A stretch of 64,000 nucleotides of DNA, taken from Actinomycetes bacterium (GTDB lineage: Bacteria > Actinomycetota > Actinomycetes > Actinomycetales > Microbacteriaceae). The notes beneath the pieces are model-generated. The model was not told the DNA's origin. It made no database searches and worked only from the letters and a program-made list of their open reading frames with translations. Both the position numbers and the translations under genes were made by a program. The DNA lies in the NCBI GenBank assembly GCA_023386365.1, contig JAEWJX010000079.1, positions 3,179-67,178 of the forward strand, written 5' to 3'. Shown one piece after another: positions 9,840 to 17,872 of this stretch; position 1 is the stretch's first letter, and each line of letters opens with the position of its first letter.

Positions 9840-10406
9840 ATGGCCGTTCTCCCGATCCTGATCTCCGGCGATCCGGTGCTGCACACCCGCGCCCGGGAGG
9901 TGGAGTCGATCGATGAGGGCCTGTACGCGCTCGTGCACGACATGGAGGACACCATGTCGGCCGCGCCCGGCGTGGGACTCGCCGCGCCGCAGGTGGGTGT
10001 GCCTCTGCGCCTGTTCGTCTACAACTGGCGCGACGAAGACGGCGAGCTCCACAGGGGCACCGCGATCAACCCGCAACTGCTGATTTCTCCCCCGCCCGTG
10101 GGTGAACCAGATCCCGACGAGGATTCGGAAGGCTGCCTCTCGATCCCCGGCGAGCGGTTCCCCCTGCTGCGCTCCCACACGGCCCTGCTGCGGGCGATCG
10201 AACTCGACGGCACACCTTACGAGGTGCTGGCCACCGGCTGGCTCGCGCGCATCTTCCAGCACGAGTTCGACCACCTCGACGGCATCCTCTACGCCGATCG
10301 TCTCGACGACGGCTACCACCGCGCCGCCCAGCGGGTCATCCGCCGACGCAAGTGGGGCGCGCCGGGACAGTCGTGGCTTCCGGGGCGCGACCACCTCGAA
10401 GACTGA
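9840..10406 (+). CDS. def: Peptide deformylase
   Basis: Internal ATG of ORF 9663..10406 (MAVLPILISGDPVLH). Motifs GVGLAAPQVG, EGCLSIPG, HEFDHLDG. Confidence 0.9.
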   Translation: MAVLPILISGDPVLHTRAREVESIDEGLYALVHDMEDTMSAAPGVGLAAPQVGVPLRLFVYNWRDEDGELHRGTAINPQLLISPPPVGEPDPDEDSEGCLSIPGERFPLLRSHTALLRAIELDGTPYEVLATGWLARIFQHEFDHLDGILYADRLDDGYHRAAQRVIRRRKWGAPGQSWLPGRDHLED

Positions 10407-10421
10407 GCGCCGCGTCGGAAC

Positions 10422-10736
10422 TCAGGGCATCCAGCCGAGAAGTCGGATGAGGGCCGCGACGAGCGCGGCTGCCACCACCGCGACGATGAACGGCGCCCGC
10501 GCCCAGAACAGCACGGCCGCCACCAGCACCGCGGGAACCCGGGCGTCGACCTCGATCCCGCCCGCGCGCTCCAGCGTCTGCGTCGCCGTGAGAGCGGCGA
10601 GGAGGGCGACGGTCAACAGGTTCGCGACACGCGCGGGCGTCGGACGTTCGAGGAGCTGCGGCGGAACCAGGTAACCCGCGAGCTTGAGCGCAAACACCGC
10701 GATCGACGCGATGAGGATCACATGCCAGACCGTCAT
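10422..10736 (-). CDS. azlD: Branched-chain amino acid exporter small subunit AzlD
   Basis: 104-aa hydrophobic protein from the internal ATG (MTVWHVILIASIAVFALKLAGYLVP). ATGA overlap with the azlC stop. Confidence 0.7.
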   Translation of the reverse strand: MTVWHVILIASIAVFALKLAGYLVPPQLLERPTPARVANLLTVALLAALTATQTLERAGGIEVDARVPAVLVAAVLFWARAPFIVAVVAAALVAALIRLLGWMP

Positions 10737-11440
10737 GCGGGCCTCCTCGCGAAGAGGTTGCCGACTCCCACGATCACCGCGACGAGAGCGGCGGCGAGCA
10801 CGGGGATCCCCGGGGGGAGCACCGGGATGAGCGCGGTGGCGACCACCCCCGCCGCGATGGCGACGATGACCGGCTGGCGCGCCGTCAGCCGCGGCCAGAG
10901 CAGGCCGAGGAACGCGGCCGCCGCTGCGGCATCCAGCCCGTACTGACGTACATCGCCGACGAGGTCGCCGAGAAGCGCGCCCAGAAGGGTCGTCAGGTTC
11001 CATCCGACGTAGATGACCGCGCCCGTCACCCAGAACCCGACTCGCTGGCCGCGGATGGTGGGTTGCGCGGTGGCGACGGCGGTGGACTCGTCGATGGTCC
11101 ACTGAGCGGCGACGAGGCGCTTCCACCACGGTCCGCCGACGATGGGTGACATCCGCATCGAGTATAGGGCGTTGCGCGCACCGAGCAGCGCCGCGCTGGT
11201 GATCGCCGCGGGCCCCGCCGCGACACCACCGGATGCGAGCACCCCGATGAGGGCGAACTGCGAGCCTCCGGAGAACATGAACAGGCTCAGCACGCACGCC
11301 TGCCACACGTCGAGGCCCGACGCGACCGCGAGGGCGCCGAACGAGACCCCGTACGCGGAGACCGCGAGCCCAACGCCCAAGGCTGCGCGGATCGCCGGGC
11401 CGGCGGGATCCGTCACGGCGTGCGGGTCAGAGTTCGCCAC
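10733..11440 (-). CDS. azlC: AzlC family branched-chain amino acid exporter subunit
   Basis: GVSFGALAVASGLDVWQACVLSLFMFSGGSQFALIGVL is typical of AzlC. The alternative GTG start at 11416 would remove the 14-nt overlap with the upstream gene. Confidence 0.8.
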   Translation of the reverse strand: MANSDPHAVTDPAGPAIRAALGVGLAVSAYGVSFGALAVASGLDVWQACVLSLFMFSGGSQFALIGVLASGGVAAGPAAITSAALLGARNALYSMRMSPIVGGPWWKRLVAAQWTIDESTAVATAQPTIRGQRVGFWVTGAVIYVGWNLTTLLGALLGDLVGDVRQYGLDAAAAAAFLGLLWPRLTARQPVIVAIAAGVVATALIPVLPPGIPVLAAALVAVIVGVGNLFARRPA

Positions 11441-11831
11441 GATACGCGGCGGCCTCGCGGATGACCGTGAACAGGGCCTCCGGGTCGACGTCCTTGTAGA
11501 GGATGGCGTACGCGCCCGAGACTGCAGCCGCGGCGACGTGGTCGTCGAGATCGACGGTCGCCAGGAGCAGCACGCGAGGCAGCACGCCGAGCGCGCGCAC
11601 CTGGGGGTCCTCGCGGATGCGGGCAGCGGCGGCCAGACCGTTCACGCGCGGCATCTGCACATCCATCAGCACCACGTCGACAGGTTCGCGTCGCAGGATG
11701 CCGAGAGCCTGGGCTCCGTCACCGGCCTGCGCGACGACCGCGAGATCCGGCTGCGACTCCAGCAGCAACCGGTAGCCGGCCCGCTGCTCCGCGGAGTCGT
11801 CGACCAGCAGGATTCGGATCGGCTCGCTCAC
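11427..11831 (-). CDS. Receiver-only response regulator (NarL-type REC, no output domain)
   Basis: 134 aa. Has ILLVDDS, VVLMDVQMP, LLLAT and ILYK receiver motifs. The protein ends directly after the receiver. GTGA overlap with the kinase stop. Confidence 0.85.
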   Translation of the reverse strand: MSEPIRILLVDDSAEQRAGYRLLLESQPDLAVVAQAGDGAQALGILRREPVDVVLMDVQMPRVNGLAAAARIREDPQVRALGVLPRVLLLATVDLDDHVAAAAVSGAYAILYKDVDPEALFTVIREAAAYRGEL

Positions 11832-12742
11832 CGGGGGTCCAGGCGCACGCCGTGCACCCCGTTGTGGTACCGCAACCCCGGGAACACGGCCTGGACGGTG
11901 AACCCGACACCGGGCACCGCGTGCGCCTCGAAGACGCCGCCGAACAACTCCGCGCGTTCCCGCATCTCGGTGATGCCGCGCCCCGACGGGGCCTGGGTGA
12001 GCGCCGCGAGGTCGTCGTCGACGGTGTAGTTCTGCTTCTGGGCCTCGGCGTAGGGGTCGCGTCCGTTGCGGATCGCTTCGGCGCGGGTGCCGTCGTCTTC
12101 GACGAGAAGCTGGAGGCCGTCGTCGGTCCAGGTGAACGACACCTTCGCCCGGGTGCCTTCACCGCCGTGGGCCAGAGCGTTGCTGAGGGCCTCCTGCAGG
12201 ATGCGGAAGATCGCGAGCTCTGCACCATGGCGGAGTTCGTGGCGGTCGCCGTGCTCCTGGAACTCGACGTCGAGGCCCGCGTCGCGCATCACCTTGAACA
12301 GCTCACGCACGGAGGAAAGGCCGGGCTGCGGAGCGGCTTCCGCCTCGCCGTCGCGCACCACGGTCATCACGCGGCGGAGGTCGGCGAGGGTGGCGCGGGC
12401 GGAGTCGGCGATGACCGCTGCGCTGCGGGCTGCGGCTGCCGGATCCTGCGAGGCCGCGTAGCGGGCGCCATCGGCCTGACTGATGATCACCGACACCGAA
12501 TGCACGGCGATCTCGTGGAGTTCGCGAATCATCCGCAGCCGGCTGCCCTGCTCGGCGAGCGTCAACTCGAGGTCGATGCGGGCGCGTTCCGCCGCCGCCC
12601 GCTCGCGTGCGGCGAGCTTCGCACCGCGCCGCGCACGACGCCACAGGATGAGGAAGGTGAGGGCCGCCACGAGGAGCACGGCGGATGCAGCGGCCAACAC
12701 GACCACCGAGGTCATCGCGTTGGCGTTCAGCCAGGCGTCCAC
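11828..12742 (-). CDS. Sensor histidine kinase (HisKA_3/HATPase), single N-terminal TM
   Basis: TM SVVVLAAASAVLLVAALTFLILW, H-box IRELHEIAVHSVS, N-box ILQEALSNALAHG, G-boxes VEDDG and SGRGITEMRERA with a long insertion between them. SD GAGGAGGA lies before the GTG start. Confidence 0.85.
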   Translation of the reverse strand: MDAWLNANAMTSVVVLAAASAVLLVAALTFLILWRRARRGAKLAARERAAAERARIDLELTLAEQGSRLRMIRELHEIAVHSVSVIISQADGARYAASQDPAAAARSAAVIADSARATLADLRRVMTVVRDGEAEAAPQPGLSSVRELFKVMRDAGLDVEFQEHGDRHELRHGAELAIFRILQEALSNALAHGGEGTRAKVSFTWTDDGLQLLVEDDGTRAEAIRNGRDPYAEAQKQNYTVDDDLAALTQAPSGRGITEMRERAELFGGVFEAHAVPGVGFTVQAVFPGLRYHNGVHGVRLDPR

Positions 12743-12806
12743 GTCATCCTCCTCGCCGCGCGGCTCCGGGATGCCGATGCGACCGAGACGATGCTAGCGA
12801 AACCGC

Positions 12807-12835
12807 GGGTGGGCGGCCCGATCGGCCACCCACCC
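12807..12835 (-). terminator. Stem-loop between the SHOCT gene and the downstream kinase gene (possible terminator)
   Basis: GGGTGGGCGGCC cgatc GGCCACCCACCC forms 11 of 12 pairs. On the minus transcript it is followed by CGCGGTTTCGC, only a short T-run. Confidence 0.35.
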
Positions 12836-12841
12836 GGTCGA

Positions 12842-13147
12842 TCATCGCTGCGGCGGCTGAGGCTGTTGGGACCGCAGCACCTCGAGGCGGGCCCGGTACT
12901 CGACCTCCTCGATGTCGCCGCGGGCGAAGCGCTCCGCCAGAACCAACTCGGCGCTGCGGGCGGCCTGCGCGGACGCCCACGGCCCCCCGTAGGGTCCCCA
13001 ACCTTGCGCCGCCCAGCGACGGCGACGCGTGGCGACGAAGGTGATGATGAGGCCGATGATCAGGAGCCAAAAGATCACGGGCACGAACCAGAAGCCCCAC
13101 CCCCAGGGGTGAGCGTGGGCGGCCACGAGGGCGACGGTGGAGAGCAT
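12842..13147 (-). CDS. SHOCT-domain membrane protein
   Basis: 101 aa. N-terminal TM (FWFVPVIFWLLIIGLIITFV) and C-terminal AELVLAERFARGDIEEVEYRARLEVL, the SHOCT motif. Confidence 0.7.
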   Translation of the reverse strand: MLSTVALVAAHAHPWGWGFWFVPVIFWLLIIGLIITFVATRRRRWAAQGWGPYGGPWASAQAARSAELVLAERFARGDIEEVEYRARLEVLRSQQPQPPQR

Positions 13148-13241
13148 GGGATGTTCCTTTCAACGTCGGCCCGGTCGGGCCGTCGACGTCTACGTTCGTC
13201 TCCCGTCGGGCGCCGCGAATCCGCCCACCGGAGTCTTCCCG

Positions 13242-13913
13242 CTACTCCCCCGGGACGACGCCGGGGGCGACGAGCCCCGTCTCGTACGCCACGATCACCA
13301 GCTGCACACGGTCGCGGGCGTGCAGCTTCGACATGATGCGCGACACGTGCGTCTTCGCGGTCAGCGGGCTGAGGAAGAGCCGCGCGCCGACCTCGTCGTT
13401 CGTGAGGCCCTGCCCGACGAGCGTGAGCACCTCGCGTTCCCGGTCGGTGAGCACCACCAGGCGCGTCGTGTCGGGGGTCGGCGCGAGCCCTGCGCCCACC
13501 CGCGAGATGAGTGTGCGCGTGACACTCGGACTGAGGAGGGCGTCGCCGGCCGCGACGACCCGGACGGCGCGGAGGAGTTCGACCGGCTCGGTGTGTTTCA
13601 CCAGGAAACCGCTCGCGCCGCCCCGAATCGCCTGCGCGACGTACTCGTCCAGTTCGAAGGTCGTCACAACGACCACGCGCACCTCCGCCAGCTGCGGGTC
13701 GGAGACGATCTGCTCCGTGGCCCACAGCCCGTCGCCGTCGGGCATCCGGATGTCCATGAGCAGCACATCGGGTCGTTCGCGTCGCGCCAGGGCCACAGCG
13801 TCCCGGCCGGTCGCCGCCTCACCCACGACCATCAGGTCCGGCTCCGACTCGAGCAGGCTGCGGAAGCCTGCCCGGATGAGTGCTTGATCGTCCGCGATGA
13901 CCACCCGGATCAT
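13242..13913 (-). CDS. NarL/LuxR-family response regulator
   Basis: REC (VVIADDQ, VLLMDIRMPDGDG) plus LuxR HTH (LTDREREVLTLVGQGLTNDEVGARLFLSPLTAKTHVSRIMSKL). Confidence 0.9.
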   Translation of the reverse strand: MIRVVIADDQALIRAGFRSLLESEPDLMVVGEAATGRDAVALARRERPDVLLMDIRMPDGDGLWATEQIVSDPQLAEVRVVVVTTFELDEYVAQAIRGGASGFLVKHTEPVELLRAVRVVAAGDALLSPSVTRTLISRVGAGLAPTPDTTRLVVLTDREREVLTLVGQGLTNDEVGARLFLSPLTAKTHVSRIMSKLHARDRVQLVIVAYETGLVAPGVVPGE

Positions 13914-15109
13914 GCCGAATCCTCCCCCAGAAACACGGCCCGCACCGTGAATCCACCGTCGTTCGACACCTCGAAACGCCCGCCGAGCAGCTCGACGCGT
14001 TCGCGCATCCCGAGCAGACCGCGTCCCGGTTCGAACGCGCCCGGCGAGCCGTCGTCGCGCACCTCGACGACGAGACCGTCCCGGTCGGCGAGGACCACCG
14101 CCACGCGCGTGACGTCGACCCCGTGGCGCGTGATGTTCGTCAGCGCCTCCTGCACGATGCGGTAGGCGGCGGCTCCGATCGGGGCAGCTACGTCGGTTGC
14201 CTTGCGTTCGTCACGGAATTCGATGGCCACTCCCGGGATCTCGGTGTCGCCGACCAGCGCGCCGATCGCGTCGAATCCGGGCTGCGGCGCGCGGGGCGCA
14301 TCATCTCCATCCGCCCGCAGGACGCCCAGCACCGCACGCACGTCGTCGAGCGCCGCCTTGCTGGTCGACTTGATCACGGCGAGAGCCTCCGTCGCCTTCT
14401 CGGGGTGCGCCTCGGCGAGGTGCAGGCCGACACCCGCCTGCACGTTGATCTGGCTGAGGGAATGCGCCAGCACGTCGTGCAGCTCGCGTGCGATGCGCAT
14501 CCGTTCCTCCTCCGCGGCCGTCAGACGGCGACGGGTTGCCGCCGCGCGATACTCGCGGATGCGCTCGCGCCGGGTGCGAATCGCCTCCCCGATCCCCATC
14601 ACCAGGAGCAAGCCGAGGGTCGTCCCGACCACGCGGGCCGGATGCCAGGGCGCGGCCGGTGCGAGGAGCCCGACCACCAAGGCGATCGACCATCCGAACG
14701 TCAACGACAGCCACGCCCACAGGCGCGCACCACGGACGATCGCACCGATCAGCGCGAAGGCGAGGGCGACCGGCGGCGGCCCCCCGCCAGCAGCGACCAG
14801 CAGGCTTCCGAGCGCGGCGCCGGTCGCGACGACCACGACCGGGCCGGGGAACCGACGCGCACCGATGAGCGCAACCGGACCGACCAGCGCGAGGACGATG
14901 GTGGTGACGGCTGCGGCGAGGTCGGGTTCGGTCACCTTCACCAGCCAGACGGCGGCCGGCAACTGGATGAGCGCGCTGAGGACGACAGGCACCCAGAGCC
15001 GGAGACGCCGCGACGGGCCCCAGGTGCGATCTGGGTCGCGGAACGCCCACGGGCCGCCGCCCCAATGATCGGCGCCGCCTGCGCCCGGGTGGTCCAACGA
15101 GCGCGGCAT
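13910..15109 (-). CDS. Intramembrane-sensing histidine kinase (about 5 TM, HisKA_3)
   Basis: N-terminal multi-TM block. H-box IARELHDVLAHSLS. HATPase motifs IVQEALTNITRHG, VRDDG and GRGLLGMRERV. ATGA-type overlap with the regulator gene. Confidence 0.85.
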   Translation of the reverse strand: MPRSLDHPGAGGADHWGGGPWAFRDPDRTWGPSRRLRLWVPVVLSALIQLPAAVWLVKVTEPDLAAAVTTIVLALVGPVALIGARRFPGPVVVVATGAALGSLLVAAGGGPPPVALAFALIGAIVRGARLWAWLSLTFGWSIALVVGLLAPAAPWHPARVVGTTLGLLLVMGIGEAIRTRRERIREYRAAATRRRLTAAEEERMRIARELHDVLAHSLSQINVQAGVGLHLAEAHPEKATEALAVIKSTSKAALDDVRAVLGVLRADGDDAPRAPQPGFDAIGALVGDTEIPGVAIEFRDERKATDVAAPIGAAAYRIVQEALTNITRHGVDVTRVAVVLADRDGLVVEVRDDGSPGAFEPGRGLLGMRERVELLGGRFEVSNDGGFTVRAVFLGEDSA

Positions 15110-15192
15110 GGCACGATGCTACGCGTGCCGCAGCTGAGGCGACTCCCCCGTTCGGCGGTCGGCACATACTCCCGTGGGAGTAGTCGCCTGGG

Positions 15193-15651
15193 TCAGGCGG
15201 GACGGTAGCCCGCGAGGTCCCCCTCGAAGATCTCCGGAGCCAGGTAGACGGTCGGCACGAAGGCAGCGTGCAGGCTTCCGAGGCGGCGCATCGTCTCAGG
15301 ACCGACGAAGAAGCCACCCTGATCGGAATCCGAGAAGCCCAACATCAGGACACGCACGTCGAAGCGTTCGGCGAGAACCCGAAGCTCATCCGAGACCGGC
15401 TCGAAACGCTCCGCGAGTCGGACGAGGCTCTCCATGCCGTGAGGATCCTCGTCATCGGCCACCGTGCGGGGCTCCTCGTAGATCCACGCACCGTGCGAAC
15501 GAACGCGATCGGCGCGCCGCTTGGAGGGCCACGGGTCACCGAACTCGAAAACCGTCGTGGGTTCGACGCCGAGCAGTCCCGTGATGGACGCCATCCGATC
15601 CGAAAACCCACCGCCACTGATGCTGAGGGTGGCGACAACGCTGGTGATCAC
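15193..15651 (-). CDS. DUF4279-like protein
   Basis: ORF 15193..15681 (TTG). I prefer the GTG at 15651 (VITSVVATLSISGGGFSDRMASITGLLGVEPT...), which keeps the DUF4279-like opening strand and lies downstream of the preceding stop. Function unknown. Confidence 0.5.
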   Translation of the reverse strand: MITSVVATLSISGGGFSDRMASITGLLGVEPTTVFEFGDPWPSKRRADRVRSHGAWIYEEPRTVADDEDPHGMESLVRLAERFEPVSDELRVLAERFDVRVLMLGFSDSDQGGFFVGPETMRRLGSLHAAFVPTVYLAPEIFEGDLAGYRPA

Positions 15652-15670
15652 GAAAGCATGCCCCGTCCGC

Positions 15671-15925
15671 TCATCCGGCAACCGTGAAAGCCGCCGCCAT
15701 GAGCAGAGGCGCGAGCACGCTGAGGAGGTAGAGGCCGGAGAGAACCGCTCCGACGACGACCGCGGCCGTTGCGACCACGTTGGGCCGCAGACCGAGGCGG
15801 CGAGCCTTGGCCCGCGAGATGAGTCCGAGGATCAGGCCCACCGGCGCGACGAGGATCGCGCAGATGATCGCTGCGACATCGAGACCGCTGGCCGGCGCCG
15901 ACGCAGGCTGTGACGTTTCGCTCAT
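15671..15925 (-). CDS. Small two-TM membrane protein (DUF4190-like)
   Basis: Internal ATG (MSETSQPASAPASGLDVAAIICAILVAPVGLILGLISRAKARRLG...), two hydrophobic helices, G/C third-position bias. Confidence 0.5.
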   Translation of the reverse strand: MSETSQPASAPASGLDVAAIICAILVAPVGLILGLISRAKARRLGLRPNVVATAAVVVGAVLSGLYLLSVLAPLLMAAAFTVAG

Positions 15926-15983
15926 GCAACCTCCCTTGGATCGGGAAAGCATGAAGCCCTGAGATCGTGAGAACTCAGGGCTT

Positions 15984-16059
15984 TGGCTCCCCGGCTTGGA
16001 CTCGAACCAAGAACCTATCGGTTAACAGCCGATTGCTCTGCCAATTGAGCTACCGAGGA
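15984..16059 (-). tRNA. tRNA-Asn (anticodon GTT), CCA encoded
   Basis: Minus-strand read TCCTCGG TA GCTC AATTGGCA GAGC A ATCGG CTGTTAA CCGAT AGGTT CTTGG TTCGAGT CCAAG CCGGGGA G CCA. Confidence 0.9.
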
Positions 16060-16079
16060 TCGCTGCCGAAACAGCCTCG

Positions 16080-17075
16080 CTAGCTTAGCAAAGGTTCGGA
16101 GCCGTTCTTGACGACGCAGGTGGGCGCCGGGGTGGTGATCGAGCCGACCTCGACAGGGATGCCGTCGGCGCCGATCCGGAAGGTGGTGACGCGATCCGAG
16201 AGCTGATTCGCGACATGCAGCAGCTCGCCGTCGACGAGCAAGTGGCGGGGCCAGCGACCGCCGGACGGCACCCAGCCGACCGCACGCGCGCCATCCGCTT
16301 CCAGAGCGACCACCGCGACGCGGTCCGCCCCACGGATACCGGCGAAGACGTGACGGCCATCGGCCGACAGCCCCAGCGCCGCCGCCTGATCCGAGCCGGG
16401 CGTGGCACCCGGCAGCGGCAGGATCTGCATGATCTCGAACTCGGCACCCGCCGGGTCGAGGATCAACAACTCGCAACTCCATTCGCCCAGCGACGCCAGC
16501 TCCCCGGACGGCAGGGCGAGCAGGTCACGCGGGCCCGTCCCCTCCGGCAGCGGGATCGAATCGACACGCTCGAGCAATCCGTCGGCAGTGCGACGGTGCA
16601 CATGGATGCGGTCCGCACCGAGGTCGAGCGTCAGCACGCGCCCGTCGGGCAGCACATGCACATGGTGGGCGTGCGGACCCTCCTGGGCCGGCAGAGGGCC
16701 CGAACCCGCACCCTCGAGACGCTGCGCGGGCGCCGACTCACCGTGCTTCAACACCACCACGGCACCATCGCCATAGCAGGCGACGGCGACCGTGTCGTCA
16801 TCCAGGAACGTCGCATGGCACGGGTACTGACCACCCGTCGCGACCACACCATCCGCGACCCACCCGTCGGATGTGCGGGCGAACCAGGCGAGCTCACCGG
16901 TGCCCTCCAGCGTGGCCACCAGGCGATCGCCTCGCACGGCGAGCCACGACGGCGACGCGATGGGGACCACATCCGGCGCGAGCGACAGACCGTCTTCGGA
17001 CGACGCCGCGGCCGCGATTCCGTCTGCCGTGCCGTCCATATCGGGCCCGTAGGCGCCGATCAGCAGCGCGCTCAT
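16080..17075 (-). CDS. Lactonase-family 7-bladed beta-propeller protein
   Basis: 331 aa. Repeated beta-strand blades and PHAHHVHVLPDGRVLTLDLGADRIHV are typical of the 6-phosphogluconolactonase-like Lactonase family. ATGA overlap with the upstream ATPase gene. Confidence 0.7.
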   Translation of the reverse strand: MSALLIGAYGPDMDGTADGIAAAASSEDGLSLAPDVVPIASPSWLAVRGDRLVATLEGTGELAWFARTSDGWVADGVVATGGQYPCHATFLDDDTVAVACYGDGAVVVLKHGESAPAQRLEGAGSGPLPAQEGPHAHHVHVLPDGRVLTLDLGADRIHVHRRTADGLLERVDSIPLPEGTGPRDLLALPSGELASLGEWSCELLILDPAGAEFEIMQILPLPGATPGSDQAAALGLSADGRHVFAGIRGADRVAVVALEADGARAVGWVPSGGRWPRHLLVDGELLHVANQLSDRVTTFRIGADGIPVEVGSITTPAPTCVVKNGSEPLLS

Positions 17076-17872
17076 GCCGAGAGCTCCGCGAGTCGACGCA
17101 CGTACGGGTGCAACGGCTTCGCGAGCACCTCGTCCACCGCGCCGTAGCCGACGATGAGTCCCGCATGCAGCACCGCGATGCGGTCCACGACGGTACGCAG
17201 TTCGCGGAGGTCGTGGCCGACGATCAGGGCACTGAACCCGAGCTCCTTCTGCAGCTCGGCGACCACCTGCAGGATCGGGCCGCGCACCAGCACATCCACA
17301 CCCATCGTCGGGTCGTCCGCCACCAGCAGCTCCGGCTCGAGCACCAACGAACGGGCCAACGCGATGCGCTGGCGCTGACCGCGGCTGAGTTCATGCGGGA
17401 AGCGGTCCATCACCGACAACGGCAGACGCACCGCATCCACGAGCTTGGCGACCGCGGCACCCGCCTCCAGCCGGTCGTACCGGCGGTCGCGTTGGAAGAT
17501 CGGCTCGGCCACGTTCTCGCCCACGGTCAGGTGCGGCTGCAGCGACGACCCGCCGTCCTGCGGCAGATACCCGATGCGGAGTGCGAGCGCGTCGCGTTGG
17601 CGTCGCGAATCCTGCCGCACCTCGCGGCCCAGGACCGTGAGGCGACCTCCGGCGATCACCGGGGCCTCGCGTTCACCCGGAGCCGTCTGGGAGGCGATCG
17701 CACGCGCCAGCGTCGACTTGCCCGACCCTGCCTCGCCGATCAGCCCCAGGGTCTCCCCCGCCGCCAACTGGAACGACACCCCGTTGATGGCGGGCGTCTC
17801 GTCGCGCCCGTAGACGAGCGTGAGGTCGTCGGCCAGGACGGCGACATCGGCGGGGATATGGCTCCTCGTCAT
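17072..17872 (-). CDS. ABC transporter ATP-binding protein, stand-alone third NBD with degenerate motifs
   Basis: Walker A GEAGSGKST. Signature LSRGQRQR instead of LSGGQ. Walker B LLVADDPT, with Asp where the catalytic Glu normally sits. H-loop VGHDL. Confidence 0.85.
   Translation of the reverse strand: MTRSHIPADVAVLADDLTLVYGRDETPAINGVSFQLAAGETLGLIGEAGSGKSTLARAIASQTAPGEREAPVIAGGRLTVLGREVRQDSRRQRDALALRIGYLPQDGGSSLQPHLTVGENVAEPIFQRDRRYDRLEAGAAVAKLVDAVRLPLSVMDRFPHELSRGQRQRIALARSLVLEPELLVADDPTMGVDVLVRGPILQVVAELQKELGFSALIVGHDLRELRTVVDRIAVLHAGLIVGYGAVDEVLAKPLHPYVRRLAELSA

Noticed and set aside
7454-16059. An 8.6-kb block bounded by tRNA-Met and tRNA-Asn as a possible genomic island.
   Set aside because: I saw no integrase, recombinase, phage or plasmid genes, and no obvious direct repeat of a tRNA 3' end. 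Codon usage looks native and the contents (def, azlCD, two-component systems) are ordinary chromosomal genes. A repeat search by computer would be needed to exclude it fully.
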